A stretch of DNA of 64,000 nucleotides from positions 3,433 through 67,432 of the forward strand of contig PXRE01000005.1 of NCBI GenBank assembly GCA_003021085.1, read 5' to 3'. The position numbers and the translations under genes were made by a program. Shown in pieces: positions 18,994-29,308 of the stretch; position 1 is the first letter of the stretch; each line of letters starts with the position of its first letter. A model generated the notes under the pieces. It was not told the DNA's origin. It did no database searches and was given only the letters and a program-made list of their open reading frames with translations. The stretch comes from Halobacteriales archaeon QS_1_68_20 (GTDB lineage: Archaea > Halobacteriota > Halobacteria > Halobacteriales > PXRE01).

Positions 18994-19746
18994 TCAGACC
19001 GGTGCGAGCAGTTCCAGGGTCAGGTCGCTCGTGAGGTAGACGTACAGCAGGAGGATCTGGATGGCGTTGAACAGGCCGTGAACCACGGTCGGGACGACCA
19101 GGTTCTCGGTGCGGGCGTACACCCACCCGAACACCAGCGACCCGGCGAAGATCAGCGCCACCATGACCCCGGTCGCCCGGAGGTCGGGGTTGTAGTACAC
19201 CGGCAGGTGGACGACGGCGAAGACGAGACTGGCGAGAACGACCGCTGCCCCTTTGCCGTAGGCGCCGTAGAGGCGCTTCTGGACGACGTTGCGGAACACC
19301 AGTTCCTCGACGGGCGCGTTGACGAACAGCACCAGCGGTACCAGCACCAGCAAGAAGGAGGGGCCGCCGGAGAACGCCGGTTCCAGCGCCGCGTTCGGCG
19401 TCGTCGGCAGGCCGAGCAGTTCGACGACGGCGCCGAGTCCGGTCAGCGCGGCGAACCCGCCGACGGTCCCGCCCACGACGTACAGCAGGTCCCGGCGCGT
19501 CGGCGTCCGGACGTCGAGGTACGACCACCCTCTCCCCGACCACCTGAGGTACCCCCAGACCGCCAGCACCATCCCCGCGTAGGAGGCGACGAACAGCACG
19601 ACGACGTTCTCGGGCGCCGCCGTCTCGCCCGGTTCGATCCCGAACGCCAGGACCGCCGGGACCGCCGCGACGACCTGCATGACCATCGCGGCGACCGCGA
19701 CCCCGAGGGCCACGGCGGCGGCGCGGAGTTTCCCCGGTCCGTTCAT
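18994..19746 (-). CDS. CPBP family intramembrane glutamic endopeptidase (CAAX protease/Abi-like)
   Basis: EELVFRN, FAVVH, VHGLFNA motifs. ATG at 19746 chosen inside track ORF 18994..19803. Confidence 0.75.
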   Translation of the reverse strand: MNGPGKLRAAAVALGVAVAAMVMQVVAAVPAVLAFGIEPGETAAPENVVVLFVASYAGMVLAVWGYLRWSGRGWSYLDVRTPTRRDLLYVVGGTVGGFAALTGLGAVVELLGLPTTPNAALEPAFSGGPSFLLVLVPLVLFVNAPVEELVFRNVVQKRLYGAYGKGAAVVLASLVFAVVHLPVYYNPDLRATGVMVALIFAGSLVFGWVYARTENLVVPTVVHGLFNAIQILLLYVYLTSDLTLELLAPV

Positions 19747-19849
19747 GTCCGGGAGTTGGGGGCACCGACTGATAAAGGTCAACCTACTCGCCGACGCTCT
19801 CACCGGCGCGCTAAAACGTTTTCAGTGTCCGTGCCCTCCCTAGCTTCTG

Positions 19850-21118
19850 ATGCCGAGGTTCCGGGCGTTCGCCGACAGCAGACGCGTCAACGCCGTCACC
19901 AACTGGCTGGCGACGGTGGTGCTACTCGTCGCGGCGGCCGCGCTCGCGGTCGCCGGCCAGCGCCTCTGGCCGCTGTTCGCCCTCGTCGCCGTGGGCGTCG
20001 TCGCCGTGCCACCGGCCCGCACGCGGGACCCGTGGGTCACCCTGCCGGCCGAACTGGTCGTGCTGGTCGCGGCACCCGTCGTGACCCGCGCCGCGGGGGT
20101 CACGACCAGCGTGACGCCGTTCGTCGCAGTGGCGGCGCTGGCCCTGCTGGTCGTGATCGACCTCGACGCGTTCACCTCCCTGGAGATGACCCCCGGGTTC
20201 GCCGTCGCGTTCGTCGTGGTCACGACGATGGCCTTCGCCGGCACCTGGGCCATCGCGGAGTTCGCCGCCGACGCGCTGCTGGGCACCTCCTACGTCGGGG
20301 GCCAGCGCGAGACGAACCTCGACCTGCTCACCGCGACGCTCGTTGGCGTGCTCGCGGGCGTCGCCTTCACGGCGTACTTCCGGGAGGCCGGCCGGGTCGG
20401 CTACCTCCGGGAGGCGTCGGCCACCCGTCGGGTCGACGGAGTGGAGGACGCCACCGGAACCACGGGGACCGACGGTGCCGACGAGGAGGACGGCGTCGAA
20501 CACTCGCCGGCCTACCGCACGGCCATCCGGGCGTTGCAACTCCTGCTTGTGGGCATCGTCGGCTACTCGGTGGTGGTCCTGAACGGGGGCCTGTTCGTCA
20601 ACAGCGCCGTCCCCCTGGCGCTGACGCTGCTGCCGTCTGCCGTTCGGCGCCGGTACGGCTACCCGATGTACGCCGGCCTGGCGCTGTTGATCTCGCTGGC
20701 CGCCACGCTGCACGCCGTCGGCGCGCTCGGCCCCTACAGCACCGTCGGGTGGTACGACAGCGTCACGCACGCGCTGTCCTCGACGCTGGTCGCCGGCGTC
20801 GGCTACGCCCTCGCCCACGCCCTCGAACTCCACACCGACGAGGTGTCCTTCTCCCCGCGGTTCCGGGCGGCGTTCGTCGTACTGTTCGTCCTCGCAGTCG
20901 GGGTGCTCTGGGAACTGCTGGAGTTCGGCACCGGTGTCCTCTCGGCGGTCGTCGGGGCCGGCGACGTGCTGGCGCAGTACGGCGTCGAGGACATCGTCTA
21001 CGACCTGGTGTACAACACCGTCGGCGCGCTGCTGGTCGCGCTGTGGGGAACGGGGCTCTTCCGGCAACCGGCCCGGGTGCTGTCCGCGGGGGTCGGCGGC
21101 CTGTTCCAGCGGGAGTGA
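19850..21118 (+). CDS. multi-pass membrane protein, function unknown
   Basis: 422 aa, about 10 hydrophobic segments, haloarchaeal codon bias. No motif recognised with confidence. Confidence 0.5.
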   Translation: MPRFRAFADSRRVNAVTNWLATVVLLVAAAALAVAGQRLWPLFALVAVGVVAVPPARTRDPWVTLPAELVVLVAAPVVTRAAGVTTSVTPFVAVAALALLVVIDLDAFTSLEMTPGFAVAFVVVTTMAFAGTWAIAEFAADALLGTSYVGGQRETNLDLLTATLVGVLAGVAFTAYFREAGRVGYLREASATRRVDGVEDATGTTGTDGADEEDGVEHSPAYRTAIRALQLLLVGIVGYSVVVLNGGLFVNSAVPLALTLLPSAVRRRYGYPMYAGLALLISLAATLHAVGALGPYSTVGWYDSVTHALSSTLVAGVGYALAHALELHTDEVSFSPRFRAAFVVLFVLAVGVLWELLEFGTGVLSAVVGAGDVLAQYGVEDIVYDLVYNTVGALLVALWGTGLFRQPARVLSAGVGGLFQRE

Positions 21119-21195
21119 GACGGCGGCCGAGGACCGCGACGGCCCCCTGCGGGCGGGTGCGTCCGTGCCTGTTCGTGACACCGGGAACGCCCGAC

Positions 21196-22323
21196 TTACT
21201 CCAGGCGCTCGTTGACGGCGTCGGCGTCGTACGCCAGCGCCAGTTCCCGCGAGCGGCCGCGCCCGTCGACGTCGGCGTACTCCGTCTCGACGATGCCCAG
21301 CTGTTCGAGTTTGTTGATGATCTCGGAGTAGCGAGTGTACCCGAGGCCGGTCTCGTCGTGGAACGCCTCGTAGACGTCGCCGGCTTGCCCGCCGTCGTGG
21401 TCCGCGATGACCCGGACGAGCGACCGTTCGCTGTCCGACAGCGCCTGCAGGCTGTGGCTGAGGTGGACGTACTTCGACTGCTCGTAGGCCTCCTCGACGT
21501 CCTCGATGCTGACGGTCCGGGAGGCGCGCATCTCGGCGTTTAGCCCGGCCCGCCGCAGCAGGTCGATGCCGACCCGGAGGTCGCCGCTCTCGGCGGTCAA
21601 CTCGGCGACCCGGTCGAGCACCTCGGGGCCGATAACGTCCTCGTGGAAGCCCCGCTCGACCCGCTCGCCCAGGATGTCGACGATCTCGCCCTCGCCGTAC
21701 ACGGGGAAGTACACCTCCTCCGGGCGGAACACGGACTGGACGCGGCCGTCCAGTTCCTCGATGACCTCCAGCGACAGGTCCGAGGAGACGACGATGACGC
21801 CGATCCGGGCGCCGCCCTGGGTCTCGTGGGCCCGCAGGAGCGAGTACAGGGTGTCGGAGGCCTCGCTCTCGTAGAACAGGTAGTTCACGTCGTCCAGCGC
21901 CACCACCAGCACCTCGTCGTCCTCGACGAGTTTGTCGGTGACCTGGCCGAACAGTTTCTTGAACGAGACGCCCGAGGAGGGCGGTTCGTAGTCGAAGATG
22001 CCCTCGAACACCCGCGAGAAGACCGAGTACCGCGTCGAGTCGACCTGGCAGTTGACCCGGACCGTCCGTACCCCCGACTGGGTGGCGAGTTCGTCGAATA
22101 CCTTGTAGACGGCCGTTGTCTTGCCCGTGCCGGGCGGCCCCTGGACCAGGCAGTTCAGCGGCCGCGACCCCCGGACGGCCGGCCGCAGCGCGTACTTCAG
22201 GCTCTCCATCTGGCTCTCCCGGTGCTTGAACGTCTCCGGGACGTAGTCGATCTCGAAGACGTGCTCGTTGCGGAACACGGACTCGTCCCACGACAGCATG
22301 TCGTCGCCAGGGTCGCCGCCCAT
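21196..22323 (-). CDS. Orc1/Cdc6 family replication initiation protein
   Basis: Walker A GPPGTGKT, Walker B VVALDDVN, C-terminal winged helix. Typical N-terminus VFRNEHVFEIDYVPETFKHRESQ. Confidence 0.9.
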   Translation of the reverse strand: MGGDPGDDMLSWDESVFRNEHVFEIDYVPETFKHRESQMESLKYALRPAVRGSRPLNCLVQGPPGTGKTTAVYKVFDELATQSGVRTVRVNCQVDSTRYSVFSRVFEGIFDYEPPSSGVSFKKLFGQVTDKLVEDDEVLVVALDDVNYLFYESEASDTLYSLLRAHETQGGARIGVIVVSSDLSLEVIEELDGRVQSVFRPEEVYFPVYGEGEIVDILGERVERGFHEDVIGPEVLDRVAELTAESGDLRVGIDLLRRAGLNAEMRASRTVSIEDVEEAYEQSKYVHLSHSLQALSDSERSLVRVIADHDGGQAGDVYEAFHDETGLGYTRYSEIINKLEQLGIVETEYADVDGRGRSRELALAYDADAVNERLE

Positions 22324-22459
22324 ATCACTTCCACCTAGCTCGCGGGGTCACTTAATGATTCGGCAGTCGGCTTCGTCGGCGGCCAGCGAGCGGAATTCGG
22401 GAGACACGACGGACTTCGTTTGCGTCCGGACGACTCGAAAATGGTGCTGGCACCCCGGA

Positions 22460-22753
22460 TTACTCGTCGTCGCTCGACTCGTCCGTCCGCGTTCGCTCGT
22501 CGTCCCCCGGCCCGTCGGACCGCGCCTCCTCCTCCTCGTCCAGTAGTGGTGACTCCCGGAGCTCCCTGGGGTCGGGCCGTTCGTCCTCGTGGTGGCGCGC
22601 GGCTTCCAGCTGGCTGTTCACGAGTCGGTTGACCTGTTCGCCCCAGACCTCGTCGGGATGGGTTCGGACGTACTCCGCCCACCGGAGTACTTGCTGGATG
22701 CGCTGCTCGCGGTTGCGAGCGTGTTTCTCAGCGAGTTCGTCGGAGTTCGTCAT
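22460..22753 (-). CDS. hypothetical acidic protein, 97 aa
   Basis: ATG at 22753 (MTNSDELAEKHARNREQ...). Overlaps the upstream nucleotidyltransferase-fold gene by 26 nt, implying one operon. Confidence 0.4.
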   Translation of the reverse strand: MTNSDELAEKHARNREQRIQQVLRWAEYVRTHPDEVWGEQVNRLVNSQLEAARHHEDERPDPRELRESPLLDEEEEARSDGPGDDERTRTDESSDDE

Positions 22754-23324
22754 AGTCGTCCTCGACGCCGAGTCGTTCGACGTACCGTTCGAGCGTGCTG
22801 GTGTCGAGATTCCCTTCGGCCGTGCGGTAGAGGTGGATGGCGTCCTCGACGTCCTTCTGTGCACCCATGCCGAGTTTGTAGGCGATCTGGAGTTCCAGTT
22901 CGCCGATCCGGATCTCCTCGCCCGCGAGTCGAACGGTCGTCGTCTCTCGCAACGACGTCCGGTCGTACTCGTCGGTCGAGAACTTCAGTTCGACGTTCGG
23001 GACGAGGTGGCCGTCCTCCGCGACGCGAAACGGTAGTTCGTCCGCGAGGGTCCCGTGTAACCGGTCGAGCGGCATCGCGGATCCCCAGAACCCGGCGTCC
23101 TGGAGTTTGCTGGCGAGTTCGTCGGCGGTCGTTTCGTCGAACCGCTCGACCAGCACGTCGATGTCCTCGGTCGCGCGTGCCCGGCCGAACAGGACCGCCA
23201 CGTAGCCGCTGACGGCCGCGTACTCGATACCGACGTCGTCCAGGACGGCTACCACGTCCAGCAGCAACCGGTCGAGGTCGCTCGGCTCCCTCGAAATGAC
23301 GACCTCGTCACCGGTGAACTCCAT
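22728..23324 (-). CDS. nucleotidyltransferase-fold protein (MNT/AbiEii-like)
   Basis: SGYVAVLFGRARATEDIDVLV fits the G[SG]-x9-12-DxD minimal nucleotidyltransferase signature; 198 aa. Confidence 0.5.
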   Translation of the reverse strand: MEFTGDEVVISREPSDLDRLLLDVVAVLDDVGIEYAAVSGYVAVLFGRARATEDIDVLVERFDETTADELASKLQDAGFWGSAMPLDRLHGTLADELPFRVAEDGHLVPNVELKFSTDEYDRTSLRETTTVRLAGEEIRIGELELQIAYKLGMGAQKDVEDAIHLYRTAEGNLDTSTLERYVERLGVEDDYDELRRTR

Positions 23325-23399
23325 GCCCGGGATAGCGACCGGGAGCTACTTGAATCCGGGGATGGATCGCACCCTGGCCGGACGTTCCCGACGTTCGTC

Positions 23400-24276
23400 C
23401 TAGCAGTCGTACCAGCCCACGTGGTTCATGTGGTACACCATCTCGTCGCCGAGGGTGTCGAGGTAGCAGGAGTGGCAGTCGCCCACCTGCGAGGTCGCGT
23501 CGTAGTCGTGGTAGTTACAGGGCGTGTCGTTGCCGGACTCGGCGCCCGTCGCGCCCAGCGCCTGGTCGAACTCGTAGGTGTTGTAGATCCACTCCAGGGT
23601 GTCGTCCTCCTCGCTGACGTAGTTGAACGTCGCCGTCGTCTCCTCCCGGATGGCGTAGGCCGTCTCGGGCCACTCGAAGGTCGGTGCCTCGTTGTCCTGG
23701 GCGGCGCCGAGGAAGTGCGTCGAGGTCACCTCGAATCCGGGGTCCTCCCACCGACTCCAGCCGTCGACCTCCCGCAGGGCCTTCAACAGCACTTGCGCGC
23801 CCAGCGAGTGGATGACGACGCGAACCGGGTAACTGGGGCAACTCCCTTTGATCTGGACCAGGGCGTGGGCGAGCGCGTGGCCGTTGCCCTGTGCGATGGA
23901 CTCGCCGGCCTCCCAGTCGTTGCCGGTGTCGGAGTCCCAGGTGTACCCGACCACCGTCCCGGAGACCCGGCACCGACGAGGGAGTCCTCGGCCTCGTGCC
24001 GCTTGTCGTGCGCGTCGCTCTCGTCGTTGCGTCACCCGTGGACGAAGATGGTCACGTCGCTGGCGCAGGCGGTGTCGATGCCCGGAACGGCGCCGTTGGT
24101 CTCGAACTCCCACTTGGTGTACCCGGATTTCAGTTCCCCGGAGTCGGTATCGTAGTGGCCACGCGTCGAGATGACGGGCATCCCGGTGGCCGAGGCGGGC
24201 GAGGAGAGCGCGCCCACCGTCGCTACCCTGTAGTCGCCGTACCTGTACGCTTCAGGAACTGCCGTCTGTCGATCAT
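23400..24276 (-). pseudogene. Tat-signal alpha/beta hydrolase (DUF900-like), disrupted by frame changes and an in-frame TGA
   Basis: ATG at 24276 gives MIDRRQFLKRTG (twin-Arg signal), which then stops. The sequence continues in a second frame (24032..24325, ...TIFVHG then TGA) and a third (23400..24113, ...GTVVGYTWDSD...VIHSLGAQV, the GxSxG nucleophile). Confidence 0.6.
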
Positions 24277-24774
24277 GGTCTGGCTCCCTGGGGCCGCTCA
24301 CAGTTGGGCACCACTGGACGCCCACGGCCCACGTGCAGTGGCGACCTGGCCTGTGTGGCTTGCTGGCACGGCCCCCGAGAGTAATTTACGAACTAATAGC
24401 TTATAAAAATTCACGAAAATAAGGTGAACTTGGCTGTGGTTGGTTAGTCACTGAACTGGAGGTGTCGGCTTCTTGCTCTTATATTGGTCTCGACCGAATA
24501 TAATATATTTAAAGAAACAGGGGGGAAGCGGCCGATCCTGGCTTATAAGCCGAGCGAGTGGACGGTCCGGTGGAGTTCGCCGTCAGAGGTATCCGACGAG
24601 GGTCTCGACGGCCTGATCGAGCACGCCGTCTCGAATTCGGCACACGTAGTCGGTCATCAGGTTCGGTTTGAGCGACGCCACCGCATTCGCCTGGTGGAAC
24701 GTGACGATGCTGGGTGGTGATACGTTACCCGTCGAACTGCCCTGTAACGGACTCGAAACGAACAATCGTCGGCC

Positions 24775-26754
24775 TCACTCCTCGAACTTCTCCAGCAGTC
24801 CCTCGTAGAACGCCGCCTCCTCGTCGCCGTCCTCGGCCAGTTTCTCGACGATCAACTCCGGCGTCGAGCGCGCGAGGTGGTCCTTGACGGGCGAGCGGTT
24901 CACCACGAGGTCGCCGTCCGCCAGGCCCTTCGCCTCGATGCCGTCGACCTGGACGTCGAAGTCCGCGACCTCCCGGATCTCGCCGGCGAGGTGGGAGACG
25001 AACACCGCCGTCGCCTCGCCGCGCAACGCCTCCAGGATGCCCGCCATGATGATGGCGCTGGCGCCGGGTTCGGTGATCGACTCCAGTTCGTCCACCAGCA
25101 CGAGGCGGCCGTCCGCGCCCTCGACGAGGTCGCCGAACTGCCGCAGGGTCGACTCGAAGGCCCCGGCGTCCAGCGTCCCCTGGGTCGCGGCGTGGTAGTG
25201 CAACTCCTCGAACCGCTCGACGCGGGCGGATTCGACCGGGACGGGCATCCCCATGTGGGCCAGCACGACCACCGCCGCCACGAGGTCCAGAAGCGAGGTC
25301 TTGCCACCGCTGTTGACCCCCGAGAGCAGGGTGACGCCGTCGACGTCGTAGTCGACGGGGTCGACCGCCTCGAACGGTTCGTCCAGCAGCGGCGACCGGC
25401 CGCCCGCGATGGCGACGCCGCGGCCGCCGAACTTCGGCAAGGTAGCGTCGAAGTCACGTGCGAACCGCGCGACCGCCAGTTCCACGTCCAGTTCCAGTGC
25501 CCGCCGGACCAGCGACTCGGCGGCCTCGCGCTCGTCGGCCAGCGTCGCGGCGAGTTCGCGCTTCAACTCCGTGGCCCGGCGGTCCCGGGCGCCGGTCAAC
25601 TCCTCGCGCAGGCGGTTGACGGCCGCGCCGTCGTGCCCGACCGGGAACGTCGGTTGCTCGGGGAACGCCCGGCGGGCGATGTCGGCCTCCGCGCCCTCCA
25701 GGTCCAGGGCGTCCACGAGGTGGTCCCGGGCAGCCTGGATGGCACCCTCGAACTCCTCGGTGAGTTCCCGCGACAGTAGCGAGTCGACGCCGGCGCCCTG
25801 CTCGACCAGCGAGAGGAGGTCCGCCCCTTCGACGGTGACGTCGCGCTCGCGGATCGCACCGCGCAACCGGTCGTTGGCGACGGTCTCGGCGGCGTCGACG
25901 GCGGCGTCCAGGTCGTCGATGGCGGCCGTCAGGCGGTCGAGTTCGTCGTCGCCCTCGACGGTCCCGTCGGTGCCGACCCGTTCGAGGGCGTCCTCCAGGG
26001 CGTCGAGGTCGGTCGGCGGGTCGAGGTCGGCCGCGCGGTGGACGCCGATGGCGGCCTGCAGTCGGTCGCGGTTGTCCGCGAAGAACGCGAGGGTCCGCTC
26101 GGGAACGATCTCCTCGGGGTTCTGGAGCGCCGTGGGTTCGACCCGGACGTCGCCTTCCACGTCGACGCCGGCGAACGCCTCGTCCAGCGCGATTACCGTC
26201 GCGTATCCACGGGCGAGTTCCGCGAGGTCGCGGGCGTCCTCGACGACTTCGACGCTGACCTCCGGGAGCGCCTCGCGGGCCTCGGCGTAGCGCTCGGCGT
26301 CGGTCGTCGCCAGACAGCGGTCCCGGACGCGGACGTCCCCCGCCGAGGACAGGGGTGCGACGCCGGACAGCGCCTCCAGCACCCCGGAGTCGGGGTCGCG
26401 CTCGACCGCATCGCGGGCGAACGCCCGCACCTCCTCGATGCGGGACTCGCTGGCGCTGGGGTAGAACGTCTCCAGGCGCTTCTCGGCGTAGGTCGTCACC
26501 GTCCGGTCTTTCAGGAGCGTCAGCACCTCCCGGTACACCTCCCGCGCGCGGTCGGTCGCCAGTAACCGTCCGTCGTCGCCGTGGCGTTCGCGGTTGGCCG
26601 CGCGGGCGATCTGGGCCGCCCGGCCCTCCGTGACGCCGGGCGCCCGCGCGAGCGCCGCCACGTCGCCCTCCTGTAGCGCGCGCTCGGGGTCGTCGAGGTC
26701 CGCCAGCGCCTCGGCCGTCTTCTCGCCCACGCCGGAGATGTCCGTCAGGTCCAT
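24775..26754 (-). CDS. archaeal MutS-like ATPase (MutS domain V protein with N-terminal helix-hairpin-helix)
   Basis: ATG at 26754 (MDLTDISGVGEKTAEAL). Walker A GVNSGGKTSLLD, Walker B LVLVDELESITEPG. Confidence 0.85.
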   Translation of the reverse strand: MDLTDISGVGEKTAEALADLDDPERALQEGDVAALARAPGVTEGRAAQIARAANRERHGDDGRLLATDRAREVYREVLTLLKDRTVTTYAEKRLETFYPSASESRIEEVRAFARDAVERDPDSGVLEALSGVAPLSSAGDVRVRDRCLATTDAERYAEAREALPEVSVEVVEDARDLAELARGYATVIALDEAFAGVDVEGDVRVEPTALQNPEEIVPERTLAFFADNRDRLQAAIGVHRAADLDPPTDLDALEDALERVGTDGTVEGDDELDRLTAAIDDLDAAVDAAETVANDRLRGAIRERDVTVEGADLLSLVEQGAGVDSLLSRELTEEFEGAIQAARDHLVDALDLEGAEADIARRAFPEQPTFPVGHDGAAVNRLREELTGARDRRATELKRELAATLADEREAAESLVRRALELDVELAVARFARDFDATLPKFGGRGVAIAGGRSPLLDEPFEAVDPVDYDVDGVTLLSGVNSGGKTSLLDLVAAVVVLAHMGMPVPVESARVERFEELHYHAATQGTLDAGAFESTLRQFGDLVEGADGRLVLVDELESITEPGASAIIMAGILEALRGEATAVFVSHLAGEIREVADFDVQVDGIEAKGLADGDLVVNRSPVKDHLARSTPELIVEKLAEDGDEEAAFYEGLLEKFEE

Positions 26755-26971
26755 TCGGGCCGCCCATACGCAGGCCGGCCACATTAGCCGTTGTGGGTCC
26801 GGAGTGAAAGTGAAAATCCGCCGACAGTACCGGAGAGTACCCGGGAACACGAACGGTCGCAAACCGGCCGCGGTGACGATGATGCTGGCATGGACGCAAC
26901 TTCATTCCACCGTTTCGTAACCGACGACGGACGCTCGCGTGGCGGTTACTTCCGATGAATACCTGCAGAAA

Positions 26972-26980
26972 GCATTTATC
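26972..26980 (+). promoter_or_regulatory. TATA-like box (GCATTTATC) about 25 nt upstream of the GTG at 27002
   Basis: Only AT-rich element in the spacer; the spacing fits a leaderless transcript. Confidence 0.35.
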
Positions 26981-27001
26981 GTCACCCCGAAAACGCCCGT
27001 C

Positions 27002-28224
27002 GTGCGTCTCCGATACGTCCTCCTTTCGGTCCTTGCCTGTACCGCCCTTTTGGCACCCGTCGCGGGCGGAAGTCCCCAGCCGAAGTACGTTTGTGGCGTC
27101 TGTAGCGACCACCTTGAACACACCGCCGAGGATCACGGTGTCGCCCTCACGGTCGCCAGCGGGGAACTCGACGTCCGCGTCTACGAGGACGGCGACGCCC
27201 ACTGGACGGCCGGGTCGAACTCCGATCAGGCGCCGACGCGCTTCGGTCGGAGCCGTCACTTCGCGCCGCAACCGTCCGCGACGTGCTCGACAGTTACGTC
27301 ACGGTCGTGGACGACTACCGGAACCTCGACAGCAGCGTGGAGGGCGACGTGCTCGTCGCCACGTTCGACGTCCCCGACGTGGCCAGTCGCGGGGTCGGCG
27401 GCGTCCTGCTCGTCGACTACTTCCACGCCGAGGGGGACGGCGGGTACTATCTCGTCCACGACGTTCCGATGACACTCCGGGGGCCGGACGGAACGGTGAT
27501 CAGCAACCAGCCGCCCGGCGCGACGGTCGACGGCAACGCCGCCACCTGGAGCAACGAGGAGACACTCACCGACGAGACCTACGTCGCGTTCGCACCGGGC
27601 CGGGGACCGATTCCATGGCTAACTACCCGGGCCACCATCGCGGTCGACCCCGCCCTTCGTCCTGAGCGACCTCGTTACCGTGTCGTTGTTGCCCGTCATG
27701 ATCCTGGCGGTGACGGTCGGCCTGCTCGCGGCCGTTCCCAGTCGATTCGACGGTCGCAGTATCCGTCGGCCTCTCTCGATGGGCGTGATCGGGGTCGGAT
27801 TAGCCACAATTTCGCTGCTGGCGACCCAGGGGTTGCTCGTCAGCCCGTCCGCGCTCGGCCAGCTGCCGGCCCTGGCGGCGCTGGCCTACCTCGGTGCCGG
27901 GGTGGCAGTGTTCCTGGATGTGGACGACGTCGGCCCTCGCCGCGCAACGGCCATCGCCCTGGCGTCGACGGTCGGCAGTGCAACGTTCGTTTTCGGCGTC
28001 GTACACCGGCCGCCGCCGGGACGCTCGTGCCGGTGACGCCGACGTTTCTCGTGTTGCCGCTGTTGCTGTTCCTTCCGTTCGGCGCCGGGACCCGGCGGAG
28101 CCGACGAACCTTCGCAACCGTGGCTTACGTCCTGCTCGGGTCGATCCCGGTCGCGATGCTCCCCGTGGTTCCAATCCTCGGACGGCAGGCCGCTCCCGGC
28201 GACGAGGAAGGGTCGCGTGCGTGA
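27002..28224 (+). pseudogene. secreted/membrane-anchored protein of unknown function, split over three frame changes
   Basis: Signal-peptide start (M)RLRYVLLSVLACTALLAPVAGG in frame 2. Continues as GRVELRSGADALRS...VLDSYVTVVDDY in frame 1 (break near 27205). Then back to frame 2 for the TM region SLLPVMILAVTVGLL (break near 27650), and to frame 1 for the final TMs (break near 28010). Confidence 0.5.
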
Positions 28225-28430
28225 GGGGACAACCCGGTGGAGTGGGCGGGTACCGCCCAGTCTGTCCGAAACCGACGCGGCCGGGCGACCTCACGACCGC
28301 GGTCTGTTGACGGACTTCGTGGCGAACAGACGGCACTCTCCCTCGCGCGGCGGCGTGCCGTGCTATCGCGGACGCCGCGCGGTGACTCGTCAGCGCACGG
28401 CGGCCGTGGTCCCGGGATGGTACTTGAAAT

Positions 28431-29075
28431 TCAGTACGTCCCCCGCCCCTCGCGCTCGGCCCGCGGGGCCTCCCGGACGACCGAACAGTCCTCGATTATC
28501 TCGACTTCGTCGCCGTCGGCCCTGAATTCGGTGATCGAGCAGTTCTCGACGTCCAGGCCGTGGACGGCTTCGACCACGTCCAGGTCGCGGAGGTGCCCCA
28601 GCACGATCCGGATTGGACCGCCGTGGGTGACCACGGCGGCGGTCCCCTCCGTCTCGCCGAGCAGTCGGTCGAAGGCGTCGAGGACCCGCTCGCGGGCGCC
28701 CAGGAGGCTCTCCCCGGACTCGGGTTCGACCTCTGCGGCAACGTAGCCCACCTGCCCGAGCGCGAACTCGGGGTGGCCGTCGAACAGATCCTCGTAGGAC
28801 AGGCCCTGGTAGACGCCGAAACTCCGCTCGCGCCACCCGCCGTCGAACGTCGTCGTCGCGCCCGTCTCGCGGGCGACCACACGGGCGGTCTCTTTCGTCC
28901 GCCTGAGGTCGGAGGCGACCACGCGGTCGACGTCGTACTCCGTCGCGAGGTGGGCCGCGACCGCGGCGGCCTGCTCGCGGCCCCGTTCGGACAGCGAGAC
29001 CGGCGCCCACCCCTGGATGCGTTTCTCTCGGTTCCAGGGCGTCTCCCCGTGGCGGACCAGCAGGACCGTCGTCAT
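28431..29075 (-). CDS. histidine phosphatase family protein (phosphoglycerate mutase-like)
   Basis: LVRHGETPWN catalytic RHG motif; 214 aa. Confidence 0.85.
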   Translation of the reverse strand: MTTVLLVRHGETPWNREKRIQGWAPVSLSERGREQAAAVAAHLATEYDVDRVVASDLRRTKETARVVARETGATTTFDGGWRERSFGVYQGLSYEDLFDGHPEFALGQVGYVAAEVEPESGESLLGARERVLDAFDRLLGETEGTAAVVTHGGPIRIVLGHLRDLDVVEAVHGLDVENCSITEFRADGDEVEIIEDCSVVREAPRAEREGRGTY

Positions 29076-29181
29076 CGTCTCCGGATTTCGGTCCCGGCCG
29101 AATCAACCTGTCCGTTGCGGCCGGTCGCTCCCCGGCGGCGCAGTCGCAGTCACTTTCACGCAGGCGCGCCAACGGGGAGAC

Positions 29182-29304
29182 ATGGCGTCTACCTGGCTCG
29201 TGGGGAATCTCGAGCGTGCGGTCGTCTGGCTGGTCACGCTGGCGCTGGCCGCCGTCGCCGTCTCGCTGGTCCAGTACGGCGGCGTTCCAGGCTGGGCACT
29301 CTAG
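29182..29304 (+). CDS. possible 40-aa single-TM peptide
   Basis: ATG at 29182: MASTWLVGNLERAVVWLVTLALAAVAVSLVQYGGVPGWAL. Supported only by hydrophobicity and position. Confidence 0.25.
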   Translation: MASTWLVGNLERAVVWLVTLALAAVAVSLVQYGGVPGWAL

Positions 29305-29308
29305 GACG

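Noticed and set aside
22324-22459. Replication origin directly upstream of orc1/cdc6.
   Set aside because: There is only one weak ORB-like match, no inverted ORB pair and no AT-rich unwinding element. Haloarchaea carry many origin-less orc paralogs.
24484-24765. Small ORFs 24484..24720 (+) and 24583..24765 (-) downstream of the MutS-like gene.
   Set aside because: They overlap each other on opposite strands. They have no recognisable motifs or start context and lie partly in AT-rich DNA. They could be a gene remnant, but this cannot be supported.
19850-28224. Integrated provirus or plasmid, suggested by orc1/cdc6, the NTase pair and pseudogenes.
   Set aside because: There is no integrase, capsid, terminase or transposase gene, no tRNA or att-like direct repeats at the borders, and a conserved MutS-like housekeeping gene sits inside the segment.
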